Of a stretch of 64,000 nucleotides of DNA, positions 17,268 to 27,629 are shown piece by piece. This stretch comes from an uncultured Spirochaetota bacterium (GTDB lineage Bacteria > Spirochaetota > UBA4802 > UBA5550). The position numbers and the translations under genes were made by a program. Positions within the stretch are counted from its first letter, which is position 1, and the number at the start of each line of letters is the position of its first letter. The notes under the pieces are model-generated. The model had not been told where the DNA came from, searched no databases, and was given only the letters and a program-made list of their open reading frames with translations. Location: assembly GCA_963727175.1 (NCBI GenBank), contig CAVSFD010000002.1, forward strand, positions 4,620,942 through 4,684,941, given 5' to 3'.

Positions 17268-18516
17268 TCACTTCGCTTTTTCCAGTATGTGGATGCACAT
17301 CGCCGCTTCTTCCACGCCGATGTTGCCGCCTCCGTTTTCGGCCAGGCCGATGCGGGCCTTCTCAACCTGCCGCTTTCCCGCTTCTCCCCGGAGCTGCAGC
17401 ACCAGCTCGTGTATCTGGGCCAGTCCCGATGCGCCGATGGGATGTCCCCGGCACTCGAGCCCGCCGCTCGTGTTGATGGGCCGCTCACCGCCGAGGCGCG
17501 TCGCCCCGGTTTCCGCGTAAGGCCCCCCCTCCCCGGCGGGACAGAACCCCATCACCTCGGACTGGTGCAGCTCGCCCCACGAGGTGGCGTCATGAAGCTC
17601 CGCCAGGCTGATATCAGATGGACCGACGCCGGCCATGTTGTATGCCTGCCTGGACAGGCGCTCGCCGATATCCTCGCCGTCCAGCTCCCGGTCGCTCCCC
17701 TGGCCGCATACCGACGCGCTGATCTTCACCGGCCGGGCGCCGGAGAGCTTCTTTAGAAATGATTCAGAGCAGACGATGCAGGCGGCGGCACCGTCGCCCA
17801 CGGGAGCGCACATGGCGCGCGTCAGCGGCCATGCCACTTCCTTGTCGGCCAGCACCTCTTCCACGGACATCAGCTGCTGGTACTGCGACAGCGGATTGAG
17901 GGAACCGTGATAATGGTTCTTGGAGCAGATCACGGCAAGCTGCTTCTGCGTCGAGGCGAAGCGGTCCATGTGCCACCGGGCTCCCATGGCATAGGCATCC
18001 ATGAAGATGCTGCGCCCCTCTCCCGGCTTGGATTCGTCGTGGCCGGGAATCTTCAGATTTTTGAAGGTCTTCCCAACTTCCATGATCATGGCGATATGCT
18101 TCTGCAGATTGCCCACATCCATGCAGGAAGCATAGGCGCCCAGTGACAGGGCCTTGTTCGGATTGGTGATCTTTTCAGAACCGACTGCCATGGCCACGTC
18201 CCACATGCCGGCCCGTATCCCCGTGTAGGCCAGGTGCAGGGCCGTGGACGCGCCGGCGCAGGCATTCTCCACGTTGGTCACGGGGATCTTGTCTATTCCC
18301 ATGCCGCGGAAAACCACCTGCCCCCTGATCGAATGCTGGTTGTCAAACATCCCCCAGAAGGTGTTGGAAAAGAAGCGCCGCCTGGATGTCCTTACCGCCC
18401 AGACCGGCATCGGCAAGGGCCAGGTTGATCGCCTCCTCGGCCATGGTCTTGACTGTTTTATCAGGATACTTGTTAAACCGGATCATACCCGATCCAATGA
18501 TGTATATGTTTTCCAT
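17268..18516 (-). pseudogene. SCP-x-type (non-specific lipid transfer) thiolase with a 1-nt frame disruption near codon 47
   Basis: The main ORF 17268..18416 has NACAGASTAL (nucleophile Cys), GGLECRGHPIGASG and NGGG. The true N-terminus MENIYIIGSGMIRFNKYPDKTVKTMAEEAINLALADAGLGGKDIQAA is in another frame. It starts at ATG 18516 and overlaps the acyl-CoA dehydrogenase stop (TAATG). Confidence 0.8.
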
Positions 18517-19754
18517 TACGCCAGGGCCTCCTTTACGATCATGTTCCCGGCCGTAATGGAGAGAGAATCATTGGAGCCGTCCTCGATGAGGCCTGCCCGC
18601 GCATCGCGGAAGAGCTTCTCGATGGGAAACTCCTTCGACAGCCCGTAACCGCCGAATATCTGCACCGCGTCATGGGTCACCTCCATGGCCGCCTGGGTGC
18701 AGTACACCTTTGAGGCGATGGAGTATTTCACATCCGGCGGCGTGGTGTTCATGTTATAGCGCATGGCGTCGCGCGAAAAGGAGCGCGCCGCTGCCGTCTT
18801 GCAGAACATGTCGAAGAGCTTCTTCTGAACGAACTGGTGCTCGCAGAGCCGCTTCCCTCCCTGGACCCGCTCTGTCGAGTACTGGACAGCCAGGTCATAG
18901 GCCGCCTGGGCCACGCCGGTGAAATAGGCGCCCATGGTGGCGTTTGCGTGCGCCAGGGTAAGGTCCGTCATGAGCTCATAGCTGTCCTGATCGACGATCA
19001 TGTTCGGTCCCGGGCACACTGCGTTATCGAAGAATATCTCGCCCTGGGGCAGTTCCCGCTGCCCCATCTTGTTCAGGGGCTTGCCCCGGCTGACACCGGG
19101 CTGGTTCAAGTCCACCAGGCAGATACCGCCGCCGGCCATTCCCAGGCTCGGGTCCAGGTTTACGAAAAGCGATATGTTGCTCGCCACCGGGCCGTTGGAT
19201 ATCCATGACGACTTCTGGCCGTTGAGAATATAATCGCTCCCCTTCTTCACGACCTTGACCTGCTGTGTCACCTTCGGGTTATGGAAATTGTCGGTACCGG
19301 ACATCAGGATATCAGACCCGTGGTCCGGCTCGGTGATTCCCCAGCAGCTCATGACGCTCGCGTCGCGGCATTTCACGAAGGGGATGATGAACTTTTCTAT
19401 CATGTAGTCGTCCGCCATCATGGAGGCGTAGAAGGCGTTAAAGCAGCTGCATCCCAGCGAGACGGCAAAACCCACGCTGCCGTAGGCGAGTTCCTCCCAG
19501 ACGATATGCGTGGCAAGGGGATCGAGGCCCAGGCCGTCGTAGGCGTCGGAGATAAGCACCGTGTGATAGTTGAGCTCGTACATCTGCTTCATGCATTTCC
19601 AGTAAATGGAATTTTTTTCGATCACCTGCTCGGGCGTCAGCCTGTCGAGCTCGATAGCGGCAGGGCGCAGCACGCCCATCGAAAATTTATGCACAGCCTC
19701 CTTCAGGGCCACATGGTCTTCGGAAAGGCTTAGATCCAATTCAGTATAGGACAT
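18516..19754 (-). CDS. acyl-CoA dehydrogenase
   Basis: 412 aa. Motifs include CWGITEPDHGSD and the C-terminal QIFGGYGLSKEFPIEKLFRDAR, both typical of ACADs. Confidence 0.9.
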   Translation of the reverse strand: MSYTELDLSLSEDHVALKEAVHKFSMGVLRPAAIELDRLTPEQVIEKNSIYWKCMKQMYELNYHTVLISDAYDGLGLDPLATHIVWEELAYGSVGFAVSLGCSCFNAFYASMMADDYMIEKFIIPFVKCRDASVMSCWGITEPDHGSDILMSGTDNFHNPKVTQQVKVVKKGSDYILNGQKSSWISNGPVASNISLFVNLDPSLGMAGGGICLVDLNQPGVSRGKPLNKMGQRELPQGEIFFDNAVCPGPNMIVDQDSYELMTDLTLAHANATMGAYFTGVAQAAYDLAVQYSTERVQGGKRLCEHQFVQKKLFDMFCKTAAARSFSRDAMRYNMNTTPPDVKYSIASKVYCTQAAMEVTHDAVQIFGGYGLSKEFPIEKLFRDARAGLIEDGSNDSLSITAGNMIVKEALA

Positions 19755-19769
19755 GACATCCTCCTTGTA

Positions 19770-21380
19770 TTATGTATAATCTTCGTATTTATGTATCGTT
19801 CCCTCTCCCTTATCGAACATCTCCTTTAACTGACGCGGTATTGCCTTCTCGGATATGGTCTTCGGAATGTGGCCCACGACAAAAAGGAATGACGGGATGA
19901 AATTTTTCTCAAGATCGCTCTTGCAGAGTTTATACACCGACAACGGGTCGATGGTTTTTCCTTCGAAAGGCTCCAGGGCCACCACCAGGTCGCTTTCCCC
20001 CGGCGCTCCCGACGCAGCCGGTATGCCGAAGACGCAGACCTCGCTCACCTCCGGGTGCTTGCCGATGACCGACTCCACGTATTCCGGCTGGATGAAATCG
20101 CCGGCGCGGCGGAGCTCGGTGCCCTTGCGGAAATCGAAGAAATACCATCCCTGGGCGTCCTTGTGCACCATGTCGCCGGTGCGAAGCCATCCGCCCCGTG
20201 TCTTTTCCTCGGAATCGTCCGGCTTACCCAGGTAGTCCACCTTGGTTTCGCCCTTCATCATGCGGCAGATAAGCTCACCCATGGCGCCAGCCGGCACTTC
20301 CTTGTCTTCTTCATCGACGACCTTGAACTCCATGACACCGGGCACCGGTTTACCGAAGGAGCCAGCCGGTCCCTGTCCGATCGGCTTATAGGCGAAGCCG
20401 CCCTCCACCGATCCGTACCATTCGAGGATCTTCACATTGAAGCGCTTCTCAAAGGGGTCCCAGATCGGCTGCGGCGTACCGGCGCTGATCACCACCTTGA
20501 CCGGGTTATCACCGTCGTTGGGCTTCTCCGGCTCATTGTAAATTCCCGCGAGCATCCCCCCGAGAGACGAGAATGAGGTGCACCCGTATTTGCGGCAGAT
20601 GTCCCAGATACGGCTCTTGGTGAAGCGCGGGCTGAAGACCGCCCTGATACCCAGGGCCAGTGCCGGGAAAAGGGTCACCGCCTGGGCGTTGCCGTGAGTC
20701 AGCGACAGGCCATTGTAGAGGACATCGTCTTTCTTGTATTTCCACACAATCATGTTGAGGATGTTAAAGAGTCCCGTCCGGTTGTTTCTGATAGCCACGC
20801 CTTTGGGCTCCCCGGTTGTGCCGGAAGTGTAGATTATCTCCATGGGCTGCCGCACGTCCATGATCATCTGGTCCACCGTCTGCCATGCGTTATTTTGAAG
20901 GGTTTCATTAAGTACGTGGTACTTCGATGATACCGGCATGTTCAGGTCGCGCTGATACGCCACGGTGATAAACTTCAACTCGGGCACGTCCTTTATGACC
21001 TCCTCGAGCTGTTCCAGGCACTCGATCGACACGATGACCGCCTTGGCGCCGCTGTTGGTCAGCAGGTACCTGAGCCGGTCGCCCCGGGACCGCGGGTCGA
21101 TTGGCACCATGATCGCGCCGATGGTCGTGCCCGCAATGAGGCCGTAGACGAACTCAGGGTAATTGCGCATGAAGACCGCGAAGGTATCACCGGTCTTTAT
21201 GCCCTTATCCAGGAGGAGACGGGCTAACCGGTTCGCCTTTTCGTGCAGATCCTTATAGGTTATTATATCCTCACCGTGTTCCCCGCGCTCGAATATATAG
21301 ACCTGGGTGTCAGGATTCTCCTCTGCTTTGATTTCCACCAGATGCGAGGCTATGACCGGATTGAGATGGGCTTTTGCCAT
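19770..21380 (-). CDS. AMP-dependent acyl-CoA synthetase/ligase
   Basis: IIYTSGTTGEPKG is the AMP-binding P-loop, and GWLRTGDMV plus the C-terminal ...PKTISEKA match as well. 536 aa. Confidence 0.9.
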   Translation of the reverse strand: MAKAHLNPVIASHLVEIKAEENPDTQVYIFERGEHGEDIITYKDLHEKANRLARLLLDKGIKTGDTFAVFMRNYPEFVYGLIAGTTIGAIMVPIDPRSRGDRLRYLLTNSGAKAVIVSIECLEQLEEVIKDVPELKFITVAYQRDLNMPVSSKYHVLNETLQNNAWQTVDQMIMDVRQPMEIIYTSGTTGEPKGVAIRNNRTGLFNILNMIVWKYKKDDVLYNGLSLTHGNAQAVTLFPALALGIRAVFSPRFTKSRIWDICRKYGCTSFSSLGGMLAGIYNEPEKPNDGDNPVKVVISAGTPQPIWDPFEKRFNVKILEWYGSVEGGFAYKPIGQGPAGSFGKPVPGVMEFKVVDEEDKEVPAGAMGELICRMMKGETKVDYLGKPDDSEEKTRGGWLRTGDMVHKDAQGWYFFDFRKGTELRRAGDFIQPEYVESVIGKHPEVSEVCVFGIPAASGAPGESDLVVALEPFEGKTIDPLSVYKLCKSDLEKNFIPSFLFVVGHIPKTISEKAIPRQLKEMFDKGEGTIHKYEDYT

Positions 21381-21390
21381 GTTCCGCCTC

Positions 21391-22038
21391 CTATTCTATC
21401 GCGCCGATGAAGCCGCGGGTAAAGGTCGGGAACTCCTTGGAGAAGGTCTCGTCCCAGTGCTCCTGAGTCCAGAACTTGTGACGGTCGAAATAGGGATCTA
21501 CTTTGGCGGCGCTCACGGAAACGCTGGTCACCACGTCCACATCGGGGATGATCTGCAGGGCGAAGGCCGCCATCGCCAGGGTGCTGAAGACCCGGCAGTG
21601 CAGTCCCAGGCGCCAGGCCAGGGACGCGGCCGCATTCGCCGCTATGTTCAGACTGATGTTCTTGAACTGACAGCTCGGCCCGCGGGCGGTGAGCGACTCC
21701 ATCTCCTCGGCCTTGTTGAGCTCCGCGCAGGTGCGGTATCCGCAGGCACCGCAGTTGAAATTGAGGTCCGATTTGCGCTTGTCCCCGAAGATGAGGAGGG
21801 CGCAGGGTTCCTTGATCAGGTCGCGAAGAAACCTCCCATCCCGCGCCGCCAGGGGGGACATGTCCCCCAGGGAATAGGCAAACTCGGCGATCTGCTCCAT
21901 CTCTTCCTTGCCGACGCTTACACACTTGATCGTGTTGCGGTTGCCGAAACGGTAGCTGTTGTGGGCCGCAACCATCATGAGATCGACTGCATGGTCCAGG
22001 CCGGACTGCAGCACGTCTTTCATTTCTTTTATTGCCAT
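21391..22038 (-). CDS. DUF2148-type ferredoxin-domain protein (copy 2)
   Basis: The Cys cluster is NFNCGACGYRTCAE plus a distal GPSCQF. I placed the start at ATG 22038, after TAAGGAGAAAACCC. It is a paralogue of the upstream gene. Confidence 0.7.
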   Translation of the reverse strand: MAIKEMKDVLQSGLDHAVDLMMVAAHNSYRFGNRNTIKCVSVGKEEMEQIAEFAYSLGDMSPLAARDGRFLRDLIKEPCALLIFGDKRKSDLNFNCGACGYRTCAELNKAEEMESLTARGPSCQFKNISLNIAANAAASLAWRLGLHCRVFSTLAMAAFALQIIPDVDVVTSVSVSAAKVDPYFDRHKFWTQEHWDETFSKEFPTFTRGFIGAIE

Positions 22039-22049
22039 GGGTTTTCTCC

Positions 22050-22727
22050 TTAACTGTAAATGGACCGGAATTGGGGCCACAGCCTCTTGATGATCCGGTC
22101 GTTCATGGTACGCTCGTTCATCTCGTCATACTTGACCGGAACGTCGCGGAAGGGGCTCTTTTCAGTGACGGATATCGCCACGGCCACGCAGAAACCGGTG
22201 TCACGGGGGACAATCTTCATGCGCATGGCTGCGACGCCGGCTGACCAGAATACGCCATAGTCGATCCCCATGGTCCGGGCCTGCTGTATAACAGCATCGA
22301 TGGCGTAGGCCATGTTGTTCGCCCTGAAAACGCAGAGGGGCCCCGTGAAGGCCACTCCCGGTCCGGCGGGGAGCCGCTCGACCTTGCGGTAGTACTCGCA
22401 GGTCAACCGCCCGCACATGTTGCAGTTTATGTCGGCCGGGTCGGTGAGACAGCGGAGCGACGTGATGACGAGGACCGCGTCTGCGTCGCGGAGCATGGCA
22501 GCATCGCGCCTGAACATCTTCCACGCCTTATTCTCTTCTGCCAGCGCCTCGACCTTCTGCGCCAGGTCCTCTATCTCGCATTCATCTTCGACGATGTGAA
22601 TGGTGCACTCGCCGACGCCGCCCACCCGCGGTGACGTCGTCCCCGACGCGAGGAGCAGCCTGGCCGCAAGCCTGACCGATTCCCGCCGGTCGAGTTCGAA
22701 TTGTTTCATGGTTCTCTCAATGCTCAT
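22050..22727 (-). CDS. DUF2148-type ferredoxin-domain protein (copy 1)
   Basis: The Cys cluster is DINCNMCGRLTCEY plus GPLCVF. A GGGAGGTG SD sequence precedes ATG 22727. Confidence 0.7.
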   Translation of the reverse strand: MSIERTMKQFELDRRESVRLAARLLLASGTTSPRVGGVGECTIHIVEDECEIEDLAQKVEALAEENKAWKMFRRDAAMLRDADAVLVITSLRCLTDPADINCNMCGRLTCEYYRKVERLPAGPGVAFTGPLCVFRANNMAYAIDAVIQQARTMGIDYGVFWSAGVAAMRMKIVPRDTGFCVAVAISVTEKSPFRDVPVKYDEMNERTMNDRIIKRLWPQFRSIYS

Positions 22728-22741
22728 ATGTCACCTCCCTG

Positions 22742-23149
22742 TTACTTGGCGGCGACGGCAAGGCCGTTTTCTTTGGCTATGGCCGGGTACGCTTCATATG
22801 CCGGCTTGAGGAGCGGCAGAAGCTTCAGCACTTTCGGAAGGGGGCCTTTGGCCTTGATCAGGCCCTTGGCAAGAGCGACGGGCATGGAAATCTCCTGCAG
22901 CCAGAACTGGTGGCAGGTATCCCCCGAAAGCGTCATTTCAATAGTAGGGGTGAGGCCTGAAGGGCCGCATATGACCTCCCCCCCGTTGTTCGGGGAGAGC
23001 CAGATTTCACCGCTCGGATTGTCTATCGTGAACTTAATGATAATGTTGGATTCAACAAACTGCGGCCCCACCGCAGGATCCTTCACCAGCTTGTTGAACA
23101 GCGCACCCAGAATGCCATACATCCTGTCAGTATTCGCAAAAACAGCCAT
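22742..23149 (-). CDS. SCP2 (sterol carrier protein 2) domain protein
   Basis: 135 aa with the layout IIKFTIDNPSGEIWLS...TIEMTLSGDTCHQFWLQEISMPVALAKGLIKAKG, characteristic of SCP2/alkyl-sulfatase C-terminal lipid-binding domains. Confidence 0.8.
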   Translation of the reverse strand: MAVFANTDRMYGILGALFNKLVKDPAVGPQFVESNIIIKFTIDNPSGEIWLSPNNGGEVICGPSGLTPTIEMTLSGDTCHQFWLQEISMPVALAKGLIKAKGPLPKVLKLLPLLKPAYEAYPAIAKENGLAVAAK

Positions 23150-23164
23150 GAGACGCCTCCTTAG

Positions 23165-23773
23165 TTATGATTTTTTGATATCCCCCAGCAGAGCGGTTAT
23201 CGCCTTCTTTGAATAGTTGACCGCCCACTCTGTTGAATGTGTATCTTTATCCAGGAACCACCGCGTCGCTACCCCCTGATAAATCGAAGAAATCGCCCGC
23301 GCGGCGCCCTTAATATCCGTTATGCTGAAATTCCCTGAAGCCACCCCCTCCTCCAATGCGCTTCCCAGGAGGTCAATCCACCCATCAAACCATTCGTGGA
23401 AAAGATCACGGTATTCCTTATCGTGACCGGCCATGGACATGGCATCAAAAAGCATTGAATAGCCTATGTCAACCAGCGGGTCATCCCAATTGTAGAGCCA
23501 TATAAAAGAAAGTAGTTTGTCTACAGGATCGTAATACTGTTCCATGATCGTTTTTCCGCGAAGAAAAATCATATTGAAAAATTCACGAAAGGCGTCCTTA
23601 ATCAGGATGTCCTTTGTCGAATAATAATAAGCTATCCCCCCCTTGGATAACCCCGCTTCAGCGGCAATGTCATCCAGGGTGATGTTCTGGATGCCTATCT
23701 CTGTAATTTTTTTGAAAGTGGCCTCGAGAATCTGGGATTTTCTGATTTGTTCCAGAGTGACTTTTTTGTTCAT
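23165..23773 (-). CDS. TetR-family transcriptional regulator
   Basis: The N-terminal HTH is ILEATFKKITEIGIQNITLDDIAAEAGLSKGGIAYYYSTKD. It is the first gene of the minus-strand lipid operon, and a palindrome lies just upstream. Confidence 0.85.
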   Translation of the reverse strand: MNKKVTLEQIRKSQILEATFKKITEIGIQNITLDDIAAEAGLSKGGIAYYYSTKDILIKDAFREFFNMIFLRGKTIMEQYYDPVDKLLSFIWLYNWDDPLVDIGYSMLFDAMSMAGHDKEYRDLFHEWFDGWIDLLGSALEEGVASGNFSITDIKGAARAISSIYQGVATRWFLDKDTHSTEWAVNYSKKAITALLGDIKKS

Positions 23774-23791
23774 AGGTTGTTATTTTATATT

Positions 23792-23811
23792 GGATTATTG
23801 TTCAATAATCC
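23792..23811. promoter_or_regulatory. perfect 20-bp palindrome GGATTATTG-TT-CAATAATCC, candidate TetR operator
   Basis: It lies 19 nt upstream of the TetR ATG. Additional GGATTAT half-sites occur at 23820-23829 and 23840-23850. Confidence 0.5.
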
Positions 23812-24084
23812 GACTGTTCGGATTATTGACCGGATGGACGGATTATACAATATGTATTACAATATGTCAATAATTTTTATATTATCCAGCGCAATTAATA
23901 CAAATCTTTCAGGGGTCAGAGTAATTTTGTCTAATTCTAAAATTACCGATAACTATCGAAAATCTGGATATTGGTGTCAGAGTAAAAACATAAAAAACAC
24001 AAAATAACTTGAAAAAAGTATTATTTGAATAAAAATATCATTATAATCACTTGACAAATAAATTCATATTAATTACTAGTAATT

Positions 24085-24099
24085 CTATCATATTGATAG
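24085..24099. promoter_or_regulatory. palindrome CTATCA-TAT-TGATAG between promoter-like hexamers and the metY RBS
   Basis: Perfect 6-3-6 inverted repeat, 22 nt before the metY ATG and flanked by direct TAGTAATT repeats (24077-24084 and 24097-24104). An Rrf2 regulator is encoded in the same operon. Confidence 0.35.
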
Positions 24100-24102
24100 T
24101 AA

Positions 24103-25419
<1,317 letters not shown>

Positions 25420-25457
25420 CCAGGTCACGGAAATACACTGACACAAGGAGAGACATC

Positions 25458-26387
25458 ATGAGCAAAATATACAATGACATAACAGTGACCATCGGCAACA
25501 CCCCGCTGGTGAGGATAAACAGGATGAACGACCCGAAGCGCGCTCTCATCCTGGCCAAGCTGGAATCATTCAATCCCCTCTCCAGCGTAAAATGCAGGAT
25601 CGGCGCCGCCATGATCAACGCCGCCGAGAAAGAGGGGCTGGTCACGAAGGATACTGTCATAATAGAGCCCACGAGCGGCAATACGGGAATCGCCCTTGCC
25701 TACGTGTGCGCGGCACGGGGCTACCGGCTCATCCTCACCATGCCGGACACGATGAGCGTGGAGCGAAGGCAGCTGCTTCAGATCTTCGGGGCTGAACTGG
25801 TCCTGACCGACGGCGCGCTGGGAATGAAGGGCGCCATCACCAGGGCCGAGGAGCTCGTGAAATCGACGCCGAACAGTTTCATGCCGCAGCAGTTCACCAA
25901 CCCTGCCAACCCGGAGATCCACCGCGTGACCACCGCTGAAGAGATCTGGAACGACACGGACGGAGCTGTGGATTATTTCATAAGCGGCGTCGGCACCGGC
26001 GGCACCATCACCGGCGTCGGCGAAGTTCTCAAGAAACATAAGCCGTCGGTGAAAATCATCGCCGTCGAGCCGTCGGATTCGCCGGTACTCTCCGGGGGCA
26101 AGCCGGGCCCTCACAAGATACAGGGCATCGGCGCCGGCTTCGTCCCGGACATCCTGAACCCTTCGATCATCGATGAGGTCATCCAGGTTTCCCATGTCGA
26201 TGCCGGGGAGACCGCCCGACGCCTCGCCCGCGAGGAAGGGATCCTCGTCGGCATCTCGAGCGGCGCCGCCTTCTGGGCAGCCCTGGCCGTGGCGAAGCGG
26301 AAGGAAGCGGGAGGTAAAACGATAGTGGTACTCCTGCCGGACACCGGAGAGCGGTACCTCTCCACGTGGCTCTTCAAGGACCTGTAA
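25458..26387 (+). CDS. cysK: cysteine synthase A (O-acetylserine sulfhydrylase)
   Basis: [11 protein letters not shown]...[16 protein letters not shown] (PLP Lys), [10 protein letters not shown] and [10 protein letters not shown]. 309 aa. Confidence 0.92.
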   Translation: MSKIYNDITVTIGNTPLVRINRMNDPKRALILAKLESFNPLSSVKCRIGAAMINAAEKEGLVTKDTVIIEPTSGNTGIALAYVCAARGYRLILTMPDTMSVERRQLLQIFGAELVLTDGALGMKGAITRAEELVKSTPNSFMPQQFTNPANPEIHRVTTAEEIWNDTDGAVDYFISGVGTGGTITGVGEVLKKHKPSVKIIAVEPSDSPVLSGGKPGPHKIQGIGAGFVPDILNPSIIDEVIQVSHVDAGETARRLAREEGILVGISSGAAFWAALAVAKRKEAGGKTIVVLLPDTGERYLSTWLFKDL

Positions 26388-26426
26388 CATGAAACACGGA
26401 GCGGCCGCAGAACAGGAAAACTTCTC

Positions 26427-26876
26427 ATGAGGCTTTCAACCAGATCCCGATACGGCGTCAGGCTGATGCTGTCCCTGGGCATCAGCGAAAAGAAGGGGCC
26501 CATTTTTCTAAAGGATATCGCCCGCACCGAGGATATATCGGAAAAATATCTGAGCCAGATCATCATCCCGTTGAAGGCGAAAGGCCTGGTGAACACGTTC
26601 CGGGGGGCCCATGGCGGCTACGTGCTGGGCAGGCCCCCGTCGGAAATCAGGCTGCGTGACATTATCGAACCCCTCGAAGGGGACCTGGGCCTGGTGGACT
26701 GCGTCGGCAACAGCGATGTATGCGGGCGTTCCGGCGAATGCGTCACACGGGAGGTATGGGAGGAGATGAGCCGTATGATGATGGGCTATCTTGATTCCAT
26801 TACCCTGGAGGATCTCATCGTCAGGTACAGGGCAAAACGTGAAGCAGGCCGTGTCGCTGCAGATTTTTCCATATGA
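26427..26876 (+). CDS. Rrf2-family transcriptional regulator (IscR/CymR-like)
   Basis: The MRLSTRSRYGVRLMLSLG start, the HTH ...DIARTEDISEKYLSQIIIPLKAKGLV, and C-terminal Cys residues (CVGNSDVCGRSGEC) suggest an Fe-S ligand set. Confidence 0.85.
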   Translation: MRLSTRSRYGVRLMLSLGISEKKGPIFLKDIARTEDISEKYLSQIIIPLKAKGLVNTFRGAHGGYVLGRPPSEIRLRDIIEPLEGDLGLVDCVGNSDVCGRSGECVTREVWEEMSRMMMGYLDSITLEDLIVRYRAKREAGRVAADFSI

Positions 26877-26881
26877 AACAA

Positions 26882-27580
26882 TTAATGGTTATCCCTGACA
26901 AAAACTTCGATCTCCCTGTTCAACTCGTCAGGTTTCTCCAGAAAGATCATATGCCCCGCGTCCGGCAGTATTACCATGCGGGACCCGGGGATGCGGTCAG
27001 CCAGGTACTGTGAATACTTCACCGGCGTCATGATGTCCCTCCCGCCGCAGACAAGCAGGACCGGGAGCGCGATCTCCGGTATACGTTCCATGATGTCAAA
27101 GCGGTCGCAGCAGAGGAAATCATTCAGGTGCGTGCGCACGGGAAACAGGCATGTCCTCTCAAGGATCATATCGCGAACCGCGGCGTCAACACCCCCGTAC
27201 ATGGGCAAGATTATCTCGCGGTACCACGACGGCGGCTTTTCCACGTTATCTGACAATGTCTTGAGAAAACCGGGATTAACCCGCAGCCTTGCGCCGGTGC
27301 CCATGAGAACCAGGCCGCCCACGTCGGCAGGATACGCCAGGGCATACGAAAGGGCAACGGCGCCTCCCATGCTCTGCCCGGCCAGGATCACCCTGCCATA
27401 GTTTTTCCCTGTTATGTGACCGTGAAGCCATTCCCGGTATTCATCAACGCTGGCACAGGGCGATCCCTCCGGATGTCCCGGCAGGGTTACAGCATCGCTA
27501 TCCGGAAAATGTTCCACCTGGTAATGCCAGAGGTCGCCGCAGCCTCCGGCGCCATGTATCCATACTATCTTCATATCCAT
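26882..27580 (-). CDS. alpha/beta-fold hydrolase
   Basis: IVWIHGAGG and the nucleophile elbow LAGQSMGG, with C-terminal DAGHMIFLEKP. The start is ambiguous (27580 or 27574; the track ORF starts at 27613). Confidence 0.8.
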   Translation of the reverse strand: MDMKIVWIHGAGGCGDLWHYQVEHFPDSDAVTLPGHPEGSPCASVDEYREWLHGHITGKNYGRVILAGQSMGGAVALSYALAYPADVGGLVLMGTGARLRVNPGFLKTLSDNVEKPPSWYREIILPMYGGVDAAVRDMILERTCLFPVRTHLNDFLCCDRFDIMERIPEIALPVLLVCGGRDIMTPVKYSQYLADRIPGSRMVILPDAGHMIFLEKPDELNREIEVFVRDNH

Positions 27581-27629
27581 AACCTCACCCAGTCTCCGGC
27601 GCGCCCTCAGCAACAGGGTGTCGCGCAGG

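Noticed and set aside
17150-17488. N-terminal 113-aa extension of the SDR ORF (track ORF 16337..17488)
   Set aside because: The extension (MSGPSTRAAGSSAGD...RRPASAWPKTEAA) is low-complexity and overlaps the 3' end of the thiolase gene. The canonical SDR N-terminus MKRYNLKDKYVLITGASSGIG begins at 17149.
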